Positions 7,973 to 18,422 of a stretch of DNA of 64,000 bases are shown in pieces. The position numbers and the translations under genes are program-made. The stretch spans positions 3,392,001 through 3,456,000 of the forward strand of contig OZ220691.1 of the NCBI GenBank assembly GCA_965116475.1. The letters are read 5' to 3'. Source of the stretch: Gemmatimonadota bacterium. Lineage in GTDB: Bacteria > Gemmatimonadota > Gemmatimonadetes > Palauibacterales > Palauibacteraceae. Position 1 is the first letter of the stretch, and every line of letters starts with the position of its first letter. The notes beneath the pieces are model-generated. The model had not been told where the DNA came from and made no database searches. It saw nothing but the letters and a program-made list of their open reading frames with translations.

Positions 7973-9778
7973 ATGACGGACGGTGCTCCGGCCCGCATCC
8001 TGGTCCTCTCGAGCCGGCCGGACATTCTCCACGCCGTCGCGGCCGCGGCCGCGGAGATTGACCCCCCTCCCGAAGTCCGCGGGCTCTTCGGGCGCCCCCT
8101 GAAGGTGCTCCCAACGGATCTCATCCTGGTGGATGTCGCGGAGCCGCGGGCAACGATGCCGTATCTGCACCGGCGCTTCGGCGCCGCGTCGGCGCTGGTG
8201 GCGCTCATCGATGGAGCGTGGATCGACCGTCTGGGTTCGGCACTGGCCGAGGACTGGACCGACTACCTCTTTTATCCGCTCAACGCGGCCGAACTCGGGT
8301 TCGTGTGGCGGAAGCACACCTCGCCCGCGGAAGCGCCCGATCTCAACCTGGACGTCGACGAGTCGGGGCACATACGCGTCGTGTTTCCGTCGAGCGTGCG
8401 CTACCAGCGCGCCGTGGTGGAGAGGGTCGTCGTGGCATGCCGGCACCTTGCCGACCTGGATCGCGAGACGGCGTTCAGACTCCGGGTCGCGCTCGGCGAG
8501 GCCGTGGCCAATGCGATCATCTACGGGAGCGGCGACCGCCCCGGCGCCGTCGTGCGCGTCTCGGCGAGGGCGTACGCGGAGGGCCTGCGCGTGAAAGTCT
8601 CGGACGAGGGAAGCGGGTTCGATCCCGACGCCGTGCCGGATCCGGTCTCGGCGGAAGGTATCGGCCGGCCCCGGGGGCGCGGCCTCTTCCTTCTGAGGCA
8701 GCTCGCGGACGGCGTTGCGTTCAACGAGATCGGCAACAGGGTCACCCTCTCGTTCCGCGGCGCGCCGGATCCGCTCGTGAGGATCGAACCTCTCCTGCGA
8801 CGCTTTGCCGATGTCACCGGTCTCAGATTCCGGCTCGACCGGCTGTTCGAGGACGGCTCGCAGGTGCTGTTCGACAGCTGGGAGGATGATGAGGAACCGA
8901 ACGGCCCGCCGGAGGTTCGGGAGACGTGGCCGCTGGGCGATGCGGGACGGCTGCGCCTGGTCCACGAGCCGGCGAGCCGCGGCGATGACGCCGCGACGCT
9001 GCTCGCGGGCTGGATCGGGGCCGTGGCCGAGGGGGAGCAGTCGCGGGAGCGGCTCCTCGCGCGACGGTTGCGCCGGGAGCGGGTGCTGGCCGAGCTGGAG
9101 ATCGCCCGCGACCTGCAACTGAAGCTCCTTCCGCCGCCCGAGGATTTCCGCGATCTCGGACGGATCGCGGCCCGCTGCGATCCGGCGCTCTCCCTGGGCG
9201 GCGACTTCTACTACCTCGTCCGGCTCGCCGGCGGTTGCCTGGGGGTCATGCTCGGCGACGTGAGTTCGCATGGCCCCTCCGCCGCGCTCATCATGGCCCG
9301 CACGCTGAGTGCCGTGGTCCTGGCGACGGGCGTGGAGGCCGAACCCGGGGCCGTCCTCGACGCCATGCACGGGCAGCTGCGCGCGGCGCTCGACGCGACC
9401 GAGATGTACATGACGCTCTTCTACGGCGTCATTGATCCCGGGCGCGGAGAGCTGCGCTACGCGAACGCGGGCCACCCGTACGCGTACCTGCTCGGATCGG
9501 ACGGGGTCCGCCGTCTCACGGCGCTCGATCCCCCGGTCGGCGTGGCCTCGGTCCCGTCGTACCGGCAGACGCGGGTTCCGTCCGCGGGCGACACGCTGCT
9601 GGCGTTCACCGACGGCCTCGCGGAGCTGAGCGATCCCCTCGAGACGCCGGATGCGCGCGTGCGGAGACGGATCGACCGTGGCGACCTCGATCCCGAGGTC
9701 CTCGTGGCGGCGCTCTTCGCGGACAGCGATGACGAGATGAGACTGGACGACCGGACGGCCGTCGCGGCTTCCCTGTGA
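7973..9778 (+). CDS. Fused degenerate receiver + RsbW-type HATPase Ser kinase + SpoIIE/PP2C phosphatase
   Basis: N-terminal DLILVD...DYLFYP (REC-like); ALGEAVANAIIYG, VSDEGSGFDP, GRGLFLL (kinase); ARDLQLKLLP, GGDFY, GDVSSHG, YANAGHP, FTDGL, DDRT (PP2C). Confidence 0.88.
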   Translation: MTDGAPARILVLSSRPDILHAVAAAAAEIDPPPEVRGLFGRPLKVLPTDLILVDVAEPRATMPYLHRRFGAASALVALIDGAWIDRLGSALAEDWTDYLFYPLNAAELGFVWRKHTSPAEAPDLNLDVDESGHIRVVFPSSVRYQRAVVERVVVACRHLADLDRETAFRLRVALGEAVANAIIYGSGDRPGAVVRVSARAYAEGLRVKVSDEGSGFDPDAVPDPVSAEGIGRPRGRGLFLLRQLADGVAFNEIGNRVTLSFRGAPDPLVRIEPLLRRFADVTGLRFRLDRLFEDGSQVLFDSWEDDEEPNGPPEVRETWPLGDAGRLRLVHEPASRGDDAATLLAGWIGAVAEGEQSRERLLARRLRRERVLAELEIARDLQLKLLPPPEDFRDLGRIAARCDPALSLGGDFYYLVRLAGGCLGVMLGDVSSHGPSAALIMARTLSAVVLATGVEAEPGAVLDAMHGQLRAALDATEMYMTLFYGVIDPGRGELRYANAGHPYAYLLGSDGVRRLTALDPPVGVASVPSYRQTRVPSAGDTLLAFTDGLAELSDPLETPDARVRRRIDRGDLDPEVLVAALFADSDDEMRLDDRTAVAASL

Positions 9779-10611
9779 CCTCCGGAAGGACCGAACGCCC
9801 CCGGCCGAAGCGCGCGCTCGGCCAGAACTTCCTCGTCGACCCGAACATCCAGCGCAAGATCGTGCGCGAACTCGACCCGCAGCCCGCGGACGTCGTGCTC
9901 GAGGTCGGGCCGGGACACGGTGAACTGAGCCAGTACCTCGTCGGCTGTTGCCGCCGCCTCGTCCTCATCGAGAAGGATCGCGATCTCGCCGGCGGGCTCC
10001 GCGAGCGCTGGGGGGATCGGCCGGACGTGGATGTGGTCGAAGGCGACGCGCTCCGCCTCGCACTGGCGGACTTCGTGCGGGGACCCGCTGCGGTGCGCGT
10101 GGTGTCGAACGTCCCCTACAACATCACGTCGCCGCTCGTCTTCGCCTTTCTCGAACTCGAGCCAGCCGCCATCCGCATCGTGCTGACGGTGCAGAGGGAA
10201 GTGGCGGAGCGAATCGTCGCGCCGCCCGGTATCAAGGCGTACGGCGCGCTCTCGGTCGGGGTGCAGGCGACGGCGGAAGCGTCGCTCGCCTTCCGCGTGG
10301 GACGCCAGGCGTTCCGCCCCGTCCCGGCGGTCGATTCGGCGGTGGTGCGCCTGGAACCGCGGCCTGACGCCGCCGAGGTGGATCGCGCGGCGCTCAGGGC
10401 GCTGACGCGCGCGTGCTTCAACCGCCGGCGGAAGCAGCTCCAGAAGACGCTGCGCACGGCTCCCGAGCTGCGTTTTGCGGGAGATGCGGAGGCGGTACTG
10501 AGGCAACTCTCGATCGATCCCGCGGTGCGGCCCGAGATGCTGGATCCCCCCACTTTCGTGCGTCTGGCGGCGGCGCTTCAGGCCGGGCGAAGCGGGGGCG
10601 CGTCGCGTTGA
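9775..10611 (+). CDS. rsmA: 16S rRNA m6,2A1518/1519 dimethyltransferase
   Basis: LGQNFL, VLEVGPGHG, SNVPYNIT, QREVAERI, FNRRRKQL. Confidence 0.96.
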   Translation: MTSGRTERPRPKRALGQNFLVDPNIQRKIVRELDPQPADVVLEVGPGHGELSQYLVGCCRRLVLIEKDRDLAGGLRERWGDRPDVDVVEGDALRLALADFVRGPAAVRVVSNVPYNITSPLVFAFLELEPAAIRIVLTVQREVAERIVAPPGIKAYGALSVGVQATAEASLAFRVGRQAFRPVPAVDSAVVRLEPRPDAAEVDRAALRALTRACFNRRRKQLQKTLRTAPELRFAGDAEAVLRQLSIDPAVRPEMLDPPTFVRLAAALQAGRSGGASR

Positions 10612-10636
10612 GTTGAGGACGGGCCGGCCCTATCTT
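10608..10636 (+). promoter_or_regulatory. Putative sigma70 promoter of rex
   Basis: TTGAGT(10608-13)-N17-TATCTT(10631-36). Confidence 0.6.
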
Positions 10637-10639
10637 GGT

Positions 10640-10657
10640 TTGTGAAACCTTTCACAA
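10640..10657. promoter_or_regulatory. Rex operator (ROP)
   Basis: TTGTGAA-ACCT-TTCACAA, exact match to the established TTGTGAA-N4-TTCACAA consensus, 8 bp upstream of the rex ATG. Confidence 0.92.
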
Positions 10658-10665
10658 GGGCGGGC

Positions 10666-11313
10666 ATGAGCGGCAGAATTTCCGATTCGACGGTTCGACG
10701 CCTCTCCCTGTATCTCCGCATGTTGCGCGACCTTGAGCGAGCCGGCGCGGAGTTCGTGTCCAGTGCCCAGCTTGCCGAACCCTCGGGGGCCACATCCGCC
10801 CAGGTCCGGAAAGACCTGAGCCACTTCGGCTCGTTCGGGAAACGCGGGCGGGGATACTCGGTCGAGGGGCTCGTGCGGGCGCTGGAGGAGATCCTCGGGC
10901 TCTCGCGCAGTTGGAGGATTGCGCTCGTGGGGGTCGGCAAGATCGGATCCGCGCTGTTGGGGTACGGGGGACTGGCGGCGCGCGGATTCGATGTCGTCGC
11001 GGCCTTCGATGTCGACGAAGCGAAGGTCGGGACACGGGCTTACGGGCTCCGGATTCTCCCCATGACGGACCTCCGGCCGGTTATCGCGGAGTGCGGGGCG
11101 GAGATCGGGGTCGTCGCGACCCCGACGGACGTGGCCGCCGAGATCGCCGCGGAACTCGGACGCGCGGGCGTGGGCGCGATCCTCAACTTCGCGCCGATCG
11201 AACTCTCCGAGGTGGACGGGGTGCCGATCCGGACCGTGGACATCGTGCTCGAACTCGAAGGCCTGAGCTACCTGATGTCCGAGGCGGATCGGCGCGCAGG
11301 GAGCCACGCGTGA
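10666..11313 (+). CDS. rex: Redox-sensing transcriptional repressor Rex
   Basis: TVRRLSLYLR, QVRKDLSHFGSFGKRGRGY, Rossmann GVGKIG, AFDVD, ILNFAP. Confidence 0.96.
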   Translation: MSGRISDSTVRRLSLYLRMLRDLERAGAEFVSSAQLAEPSGATSAQVRKDLSHFGSFGKRGRGYSVEGLVRALEEILGLSRSWRIALVGVGKIGSALLGYGGLAARGFDVVAAFDVDEAKVGTRAYGLRILPMTDLRPVIAECGAEIGVVATPTDVAAEIAAELGRAGVGAILNFAPIELSEVDGVPIRTVDIVLELEGLSYLMSEADRRAGSHA

Positions 11314-12212
11314 CGGGGGTGCACTTCGCGCCCGACGGAGTGCTGGTGCGCAGGGCGCTACGCCGGCTCGAGGACGGTCCGCGTTCGTCCGTGGATCTCG
11401 CGGCCGAGGTGCTCGGCATGCGCGAGTGTCCGCCGGCCATGGCCCGCCGCCTCGTCGCGCAGTTGCTCGACGGGATCCCCGAGGTGGCCCGCGATGGGCA
11501 GGGCGGCGATGCCTGGCGGCTGGCGGCGGGAGAGCGCCGAACCCGGAAGCCGGCGGCCAGGGGGCTGCACGACCTCCGATACGCGGTGGTAGACGTCGAG
11601 ACGAACGGCGGCGTCGCGGAGAGGAACGGCCGGGTGGTCGAGATCGCGATCGTGGATGTGGATCGCGGCGCCATCGGCGGCTGCTATTCGACGCTCGTAG
11701 ATGCCGGCGTGGCGATTCCGCCGTGGATCACCCGCCTCACCGGCATCCGCACGGAGATGACGCACGGTGCGCCCAGTTTCTCGCAGATCTGCGATCAGGT
11801 GCGCGGGCACCTGCGCGGCCGGGTTTTCGTCGCGCATAACGCGGCGTACGATTGGGGCTTCCTGCGCGCCGAGATGCGGCGGGCGGGGGCCGGCCTCCCG
11901 CGCGGACCGCGCCTGTGCACGGTCCACATGGCGCGCCGACTGCTACCGGGGCTCGAGCGTCGAGGCCTGGATTCGGTCGCACACTACTACGGGATCGAGA
12001 TCCGCGAACGTCACCGCGCGCGGGGCGACGCGGTCGCGACGGCCCGTGTCCTGCTGCGCATGCTTGCGGACGCGGAGCGGCGGGGCTGGACGACGTGGCC
12101 CGCGCTCCGAAAGGCTCTCGGGCCGGTCTCGAACCGCCGGCGCGGCAGGCGGCGGGGCCGGCATTCCGAACGGCAAGAACACGCGAACGACGGCATGAGC
12201 GATGGAACATGA
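11310..12212 (+). CDS. DEDDh 3'-5' exonuclease (DnaQ/epsilon-like) with ~85-aa N-terminal extension
   Basis: VVDVETNG, ITRLTGI, FVAHNAAYDWGFL, HRARGDAVAT; GTGA overlap with rex. Confidence 0.88.
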   Translation: MTGVHFAPDGVLVRRALRRLEDGPRSSVDLAAEVLGMRECPPAMARRLVAQLLDGIPEVARDGQGGDAWRLAAGERRTRKPAARGLHDLRYAVVDVETNGGVAERNGRVVEIAIVDVDRGAIGGCYSTLVDAGVAIPPWITRLTGIRTEMTHGAPSFSQICDQVRGHLRGRVFVAHNAAYDWGFLRAEMRRAGAGLPRGPRLCTVHMARRLLPGLERRGLDSVAHYYGIEIRERHRARGDAVATARVLLRMLADAERRGWTTWPALRKALGPVSNRRRGRRRGRHSERQEHANDGMSDGT

Positions 12213-12251
12213 ACGTTGGCACATGAGCGATAAGAATAAGACATGAGCGAT
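12194..12251 (+). repeat. Four copies of CATGA(G/A)CG(A/T)T spanning the exonuclease-thiolase junction
   Basis: Copies at 12194, 12208, 12222 and 12242. Confidence 0.85.
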
Positions 12252-13454
12252 AGCGACAGAATCCCGGTCATCGTCTCCGCGGCGCGGCTTCCCACGGGCC
12301 GCTTCATGGGCGGACTCTCCTCCCTCGCGGCCCCGGACCTCGGAGGTCTCGCGATCTCGGCGGCGGTCGACCGGGCCGGAGTCGACCCGGACGAGATCGA
12401 CGACGTGATCATGGGGAACGTCGTGCAGGCGGGGGTCGGTCAGGCGCCCGCCCGCCAGGCGGCGATCCGCGGCGGGGTGCCCGTGACGGTCCCGGCCGTG
12501 ACCGTGAACAAGGTTTGCGGCTCCGGTCTGAAGGCCGTCATGCTGGCGGCGCAGGCGATCAAGGCCGGCGACGCCCAGGTGGTGGTGGCCGGCGGGATGG
12601 AGTCGATGTCGAACGCCCCGTACCTCCTCCGCGGACACCGGGAGGGGGTGAAGTTCGGAGACCGCTCGCTCGTCGACGGACTCATACACGACGGCCTGTG
12701 GTGCGCCTTCGGTACGTGCCACATGGGCGGTCACGCCGAGTACACCGCCCACAAGGCGGGCGTGAGCCGCGAGGACCAGGACGCCTACGCGCTCGGCAGC
12801 CACGAGAAGGCGATCCGTGCGATCGATGCCGGGGAATTCGCCGCGGAAGTCGTCCCCGTCCACATCGAGACCCGCAAGGGGACCGTGACGATCGACGCGG
12901 ACGAGCCGCCGCGGCGCGGCACGTCGCTCGAGGCGCTCGCGAGGCTGAGGCCCGCCTTCGCGGGCGATGCGCCCCCGGAGGTGACCGAACCCAGCGTCAC
13001 GGCCGGGAACGCGCCCGGCCTCAACGACGGGGGCGCGGCCACGGTCGTCGCCTCCGAGGCGTACGCCGCCGCGCACGGCCTTCCGGTCCTGGGTCGCATC
13101 CGGGCCTATTCCGTGGGGGCGACGGCGCCCCGCGATCTCTTCTTCGCGCCCGTCGCGGCCGTGCGGAAGCTCATGACGCTCGACGGGACGGTCGTCGCCG
13201 ACTACGGACTGGTGGAGATGAACGAGGCGTTCGCGGTGCAGTGTCTCGCGGATGCCCGCGAACTGGGCCTGGATCTCGATCGTGTTAACGTCCGCGGCGG
13301 GGCGATCGCCCTCGGCCACCCGATCGGGGCCTCGGGGGCGAAGATCCTCACGACGCTCCTCCATGCCATGCGCGACCGTGACGTCGAGCGCGGGATGGCC
13401 ACCCTGTGTCTCGGCGGGGGGAACGCCGTCGCGCTGAGCGTGGAGCGCCGGTGA
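12243..13454 (+). CDS. Acetyl-CoA C-acetyltransferase (thiolase)
   Basis: NKVCGSG, GGMESMS, EMNEAFA, GAIALGHPIGASG, CLGGG. Confidence 0.96.
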   Translation: MSDSDRIPVIVSAARLPTGRFMGGLSSLAAPDLGGLAISAAVDRAGVDPDEIDDVIMGNVVQAGVGQAPARQAAIRGGVPVTVPAVTVNKVCGSGLKAVMLAAQAIKAGDAQVVVAGGMESMSNAPYLLRGHREGVKFGDRSLVDGLIHDGLWCAFGTCHMGGHAEYTAHKAGVSREDQDAYALGSHEKAIRAIDAGEFAAEVVPVHIETRKGTVTIDADEPPRRGTSLEALARLRPAFAGDAPPEVTEPSVTAGNAPGLNDGGAATVVASEAYAAAHGLPVLGRIRAYSVGATAPRDLFFAPVAAVRKLMTLDGTVVADYGLVEMNEAFAVQCLADARELGLDLDRVNVRGGAIALGHPIGASGAKILTTLLHAMRDRDVERGMATLCLGGGNAVALSVERR

Positions 13455-14372
13455 ACGTGAAGCCCGAAGGCTGGGCCTGGGCCGGGAGGCTGGCGGCATT
13501 CGCCGGTCTCTTCATCGCCTTCGGGCTCGTGTTCGGATTCGCGGCCGCCGCTTTCGCCGGCCTTCCGGACGCCGAGGCGCTGGCCGTCGACTGGTGGACC
13601 GTCGCGCCCGTGCTGCTCGCGGCGTGTGCGGCCACCGCGGTGCTGGCCGTCGGCATCGACAGGCGTCCCCTGTCCGCGCTCGGCTTGAGGGGCGGGCTTC
13701 CCGGCCTCGAGGAACTCGGTGCCGGCGTGCTGGCGGGACTTGTGATCATCGGCGCCGCCATCCTTGCCGTGGCCGCGCCGGGCTGGGTTTCATGGACCGT
13801 GTCAACCGTACCGGTCCTCGAGGGGGTGAAGGTCTCGGCGCTCCTGCTGGCGGCCGCGTTTACGGAGGAACTCCTTTTTCGGGGGTATCCCTTTCGCGTC
13901 CTCCACGTCCGCTTCGGCCCCGTTCCCGCCGTGGTCGCGACCTCGGTGGCGTTCGGACTCATGCACGGGGCCAACCCGGGGGTAACGCCGCTGGCGCTGG
14001 TCAACCTGACCCTCGCTGGCGTGCTGCTCGGCGTGGCCTACTGGCGTTCGGGCAGCCTCTGGTTCGTCACGGGCGTCCACTTCGGCTGGAACTGGGTCAT
14101 GGCGGCGAGCGGCCTGCCCGTGAGCGGGCTCGACGTGTCGATCTCCGGCCTCGAAGCCTCCGTCACGGGTCCCGTGCTGTGGACTGGCGGCACCTTCGGG
14201 CCCGAGGGTGCGCTGGGCATCACGTTCGTGACCGCGCTTGGAACCGTCTGGTTGTGGCGGGTGGCGGGGTCCCGAAGCCGCTCCGGTTCCCGGTCGTCGA
14301 CGAAGGGCAGTCCCGCCGACAGTCTCGCCGACAACCTCGCCGACGATCTCGCCGACAATGATGGGAGGCTCG

Positions 14373-14386
<14 letters not shown>
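13451..14386 (+). CDS. CPBP/CAAX-type intramembrane glutamic endopeptidase
   Basis: Multiple TM segments; EELLFRG, FGLMH, HFGWN, FGPEG. Confidence 0.9.
14315..14360 (+). repeat. 12-bp tandem repeat (GCCGACnnnCTC, ~4 copies) in the CPBP C-terminus
   Basis: gccgacagtctc gccgacaacctc gccgacgatctc gccgacaatg. Confidence 0.75.
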
Positions 14387-15235
<849 letters not shown>

Positions 15236-15239
<4 letters not shown>

Positions 15240-16429
15240 TGACCGGCCGCCGCGCCTGGTCCGGCCTCCAACTCTCATCCGATGCGGAACAGATCCTCAC
15301 GCTCGCGCGCCAGTTCGCGAAGGAGCGGTTGCAGCCCACGGCCGAAGCCCGGGACGCGAACGAGGACCGCTTCGATGCGGAGGTCCACCGCGAACTGGGG
15401 GAGCTCGGCTTTCTCGCCATGCGGGTGCCGGAACGGTACGACGGTCTCGGGCTCGACCTCGTCACGTACCTCTACGTGCTGGAGGAACTCGCCTGGGGAG
15501 ATGCGGGGGTCGCCGTCTCCGTCAGCATCCACAACTCGCTCCCGGTTTCGATCCTCCTTCGCCGGGGAAGCGAGGCACAACGGGAGACGTGGCTCCCCAG
15601 GATGGCCAGCGGAGAAGTGCTGGGCGCCTTTTCCCTCTCCGAAGCCGGCGCCGGCACGGACGCCGCGGCGCTGCGCACGCAGGCCACGCGCACCGAGGGC
15701 GGCTGGATTCTCAACGGCGAGAAGATGTGGGTGACGAACGGCGCGGCCGCGGATGTCGTGCTGACCTTCGCCCGGACGGACACCGCGGAGGACCGGCGAG
15801 GGTCGCGCGGCATCGGCGCCTTCCTTCTGCCCCGCGGCACGGACGGACTGTCGGTCGGCAGGAAAGAGAGAAAGATGGGGCAGCGCGGTTCGGAAACGGT
15901 CGCTTTGTCCCTGAAGAATGTGTTTTTGCCACAGGAACTTATGGTAGGAGAGGTAAACCGGGGCTTCAGCTATGCGCTCGAAGGCCTCGAGGCGGGCCGC
16001 CTCGGCATCGCGGCCCAGGCTCTCGGCATCGCCTCGGCCGCCGTCGACGCCGCGTTCGAATACGCGAATACGCGGCGCCAGTTCGGGAGTTCGCTGCGGG
16101 AGTTTCAGGGGATGGAATTCAAGCTCGGCGACATGGTGACCCGCCTCGAGGCTGCGCGGGGCCTGCTCGAACGTGCGGCCGCCGCGCACACCCTGGGGGA
16201 CCCGCGGGCGCGCCGCCTCTCGAGCGTGGCCAAGTTGTTCGCGAGCGAGACCGCGATGACGAACGCCCGCGAGGCGGTTCAGGTGTTCGGGGGCTACGGG
16301 TACTCGCGGGAATATCCCGTGGAACGTCTGTTCCGGGACGCGAAGGTCACCGAGATCTACGAGGGAGCCAACGAAATGCACCGCAGCCTGATCGCGCGGC
16401 AACTCTACAGAGAGAGGGGATACGTGTGA
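15236..16429 (+). CDS. Acyl-CoA dehydrogenase (short-chain/butyryl-CoA type)
   Basis: [48 protein letters not shown]. Confidence 0.93.
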
Positions 16430-17736
16430 GAGCGAAGGCGGAACCTGGAGCCGGCGGCGCCCTGGACCCGCGCCCGCTCCGCGAGATGGATCCCGCGGTG
16501 GCGGCCTCGATCGACCGGGAGCTCAAGAGACAGCGTACGGGTCTCGAGCTGATCGCGAGCGAGAACTTCGTTTCCCGGGGGGTCCTCGAGGCGACCGGCT
16601 GCGTGATGACGAACAAGTATGCGGAGGGCTATCCCGGGCGCCGCTACTACGGCGGCTGCGAGTTCGTGGACGAGGTCGAGAACCTCGCCCGCGAGCGCGC
16701 GCGGCGACTGTTCGGGGCGGACCACAGCAACGTCCAGGCGCACAGCGGTTCGGGCGCGAACATGACCGCGCTCCAGGCGCTCACTGAACCCGGGGCGACA
16801 CTCCTCGGGATGGATCTCTCGCACGGGGGGCACCTGACGCACGGTTCGCAGGTCAACTTCTCCGGTCTCTGGTACCGGGTCGTCCCCTACGGGGTGCGAG
16901 CCTCGGACCGGACGATCGACTACGACGCGCTCCGGGCGACGGCGCTCGAGGTGCGCCCCACGGTCATCATCGCCGGGGCCAGCGCCTACCCCCGCCGGAT
17001 CGATTTCGAGCGCTTCGCGGAAATCGCCGACGAGTGCGGGGCGCGGGTCCTCGTGGACATGGCGCACATCGCCGGCCTCGTGGCGACCGGACACCACCCA
17101 TCCCCGGTGCCGCACGCGGATGTCGTGACGACGACGACGCACAAGACGCTGCGCGGACCGCGGGGAGGGCTCATCCTGTGCCGCGACGAGCACGCGAAGG
17201 CGGTCGACAAGGCGGTGTTCCCCGGACTCCAGGGCGGTCCCCTGATGCACGTGATCGCCGCGAAGGCGGTTGCGCTCGGGGAGGCGCTGCGCCCGGGGTT
17301 CGGCGAGTACTCGGATCTCGTCGTGCGAAACGCCCGCGCCCTTGGACGGCGGCTCGCCGAACACGGCTATGATCTCGTCGCTGGCGGGACGGATACGCAC
17401 CTCCTCCTCGTGGACCTCCGGACGACGGATCTGACGGGCAAGGATGCGGAGGCCCTCCTGGGTCGGGCGGGCATTACCGTCAACAAGAACACCGTGCCGT
17501 TCGAAACCCGCTCGCCCTTCGTGGCGTCCGGCATCAGGATCGGGACGGCGGCCGTGTCGACCCGTTCCATGGGCGAGAACGAAATGGAGCGAATCGCCGA
17601 TCTCATGCACCGCGCGCTGCGCTCGGAAGCCGATGACGCGACGCTTTCGGCGGTGGACTCCGAGGTCCGGGCGCTGTGCGAGGATTTCCCGCTCTATCCC
17701 GAGAATGACGGCGTTCACCGGGAGGGCGTAGCTTGA
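16426..17736 (+). CDS. glyA: Serine hydroxymethyltransferase
   Basis: [50 protein letters not shown]. Confidence 0.97.
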   Translation: MRAKAEPGAGGALDPRPLREMDPAVAASIDRELKRQRTGLELIASENFVSRGVLEATGCVMTNKYAEGYPGRRYYGGCEFVDEVENLARERARRLFGADHSNVQAHSGSGANMTALQALTEPGATLLGMDLSHGGHLTHGSQVNFSGLWYRVVPYGVRASDRTIDYDALRATALEVRPTVIIAGASAYPRRIDFERFAEIADECGARVLVDMAHIAGLVATGHHPSPVPHADVVTTTTHKTLRGPRGGLILCRDEHAKAVDKAVFPGLQGGPLMHVIAAKAVALGEALRPGFGEYSDLVVRNARALGRRLAEHGYDLVAGGTDTHLLLVDLRTTDLTGKDAEALLGRAGITVNKNTVPFETRSPFVASGIRIGTAAVSTRSMGENEMERIADLMHRALRSEADDATLSAVDSEVRALCEDFPLYPENDGVHREGVA

Positions 17737-17762
17737 CGCCAACTTTTTCCCCCGTCTAACTT
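17733..17762 (+). promoter_or_regulatory. Putative sigma70 promoter for the two small unknown genes
   Basis: TTGACG(17733-38)-N18-TAACTT(17757-62). Confidence 0.6.
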
Positions 17763-17831
17763 TGCCGTTCATGCCCTTGCGGGCGGTGCGCATGACGGCC
17801 GGGAAAGGGGCCTGGGACGAGGTGAGTAGAG

Positions 17832-18194
17832 GTGGACACAGCGGGCGTTCTGACGGGCATCAGGAAGGGCAACCCCAGGTATACGGAAGCCGCATACCTG
17901 TTCCTGCTCTCCGCCCTCCAGCGCCGACTGTCCAGCCTGGAACTGCCTCGTCACATCAGCGGCGCCGAAGTCGCCGACGCGGTCCGGGAACTCGCACTGG
18001 AGCGGTTCGGCCCCCTGGCGCGGACCGTGCTCGAGCATTGGGGCGTGCACGGCACGACGGACATCGGCGAGATCGTCTTCGCGCTGGTTGAATGTGGAGT
18101 GCTGATCAAACAACCCGACGATTCGCGAGAGGACTTCGAGGGGCTCTTCAGCTTCGACGAAGCTTTTGAGGACAGCTACCCCTGGAGCGCGTAG
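17832..18194 (+). CDS. Conserved hypothetical protein (resembles the Minf_1886/TIGR04138 family)
   Basis: YTEAAYLF, RHISGAE, FGPLARTVLEHWGV, DIGEIVFALVE, DSREDF; SD GAGG. Family recalled from motifs, not searched. Confidence 0.75.
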   Translation: MDTAGVLTGIRKGNPRYTEAAYLFLLSALQRRLSSLELPRHISGAEVADAVRELALERFGPLARTVLEHWGVHGTTDIGEIVFALVECGVLIKQPDDSREDFEGLFSFDEAFEDSYPWSA

Positions 18195-18224
18195 GGGAGG
18201 AACTGGAAGGGGAGGGGTGAACGC

Positions 18225-18422
18225 GTGGCCGATTCGGGGTCGTTCACGGAGTGCTTGAGTTGCTCGAAGGGGGTCCTGCTCCCGCTTTCGGACTATGGAC
18301 GCGACGGGGCACCGATCCGGTACAAGGCATGGGTCTGCTCGAACCCCAACTGCGGGTTCAACATCCGGATCGACAACGGTGAGATCAGCTTCGGACGCAA
18401 CATCCAGCAGTCCTACAAGTAG
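18225..18422 (+). CDS. Small (65 aa) putative zinc-ribbon protein of unknown function
   Basis: CLSC...CSNPNC cysteine pairs; strong SD GGAGGGG; composition unlike the shadow ORFs. Confidence 0.75.
   Translation: MADSGSFTECLSCSKGVLLPLSDYGRDGAPIRYKAWVCSNPNCGFNIRIDNGEISFGRNIQQSYK

Noticed and set aside
10642..10665. ORF-track GTG start for rex
   Set aside because: It lies inside the operator at the predicted +1; ATG 10666 fits the Rex N-terminus better.
12194..12251. Spaced repeats as a mini-CRISPR array
   Set aside because: Repeats are 10 bp with 4-10-nt spacers, and there are no cas genes.
15922..15949. dif-like site (TTATGGTAGGA resembling an XerD arm)
   Set aside because: No XerC arm at the right spacing, and it lies within a coding sequence.
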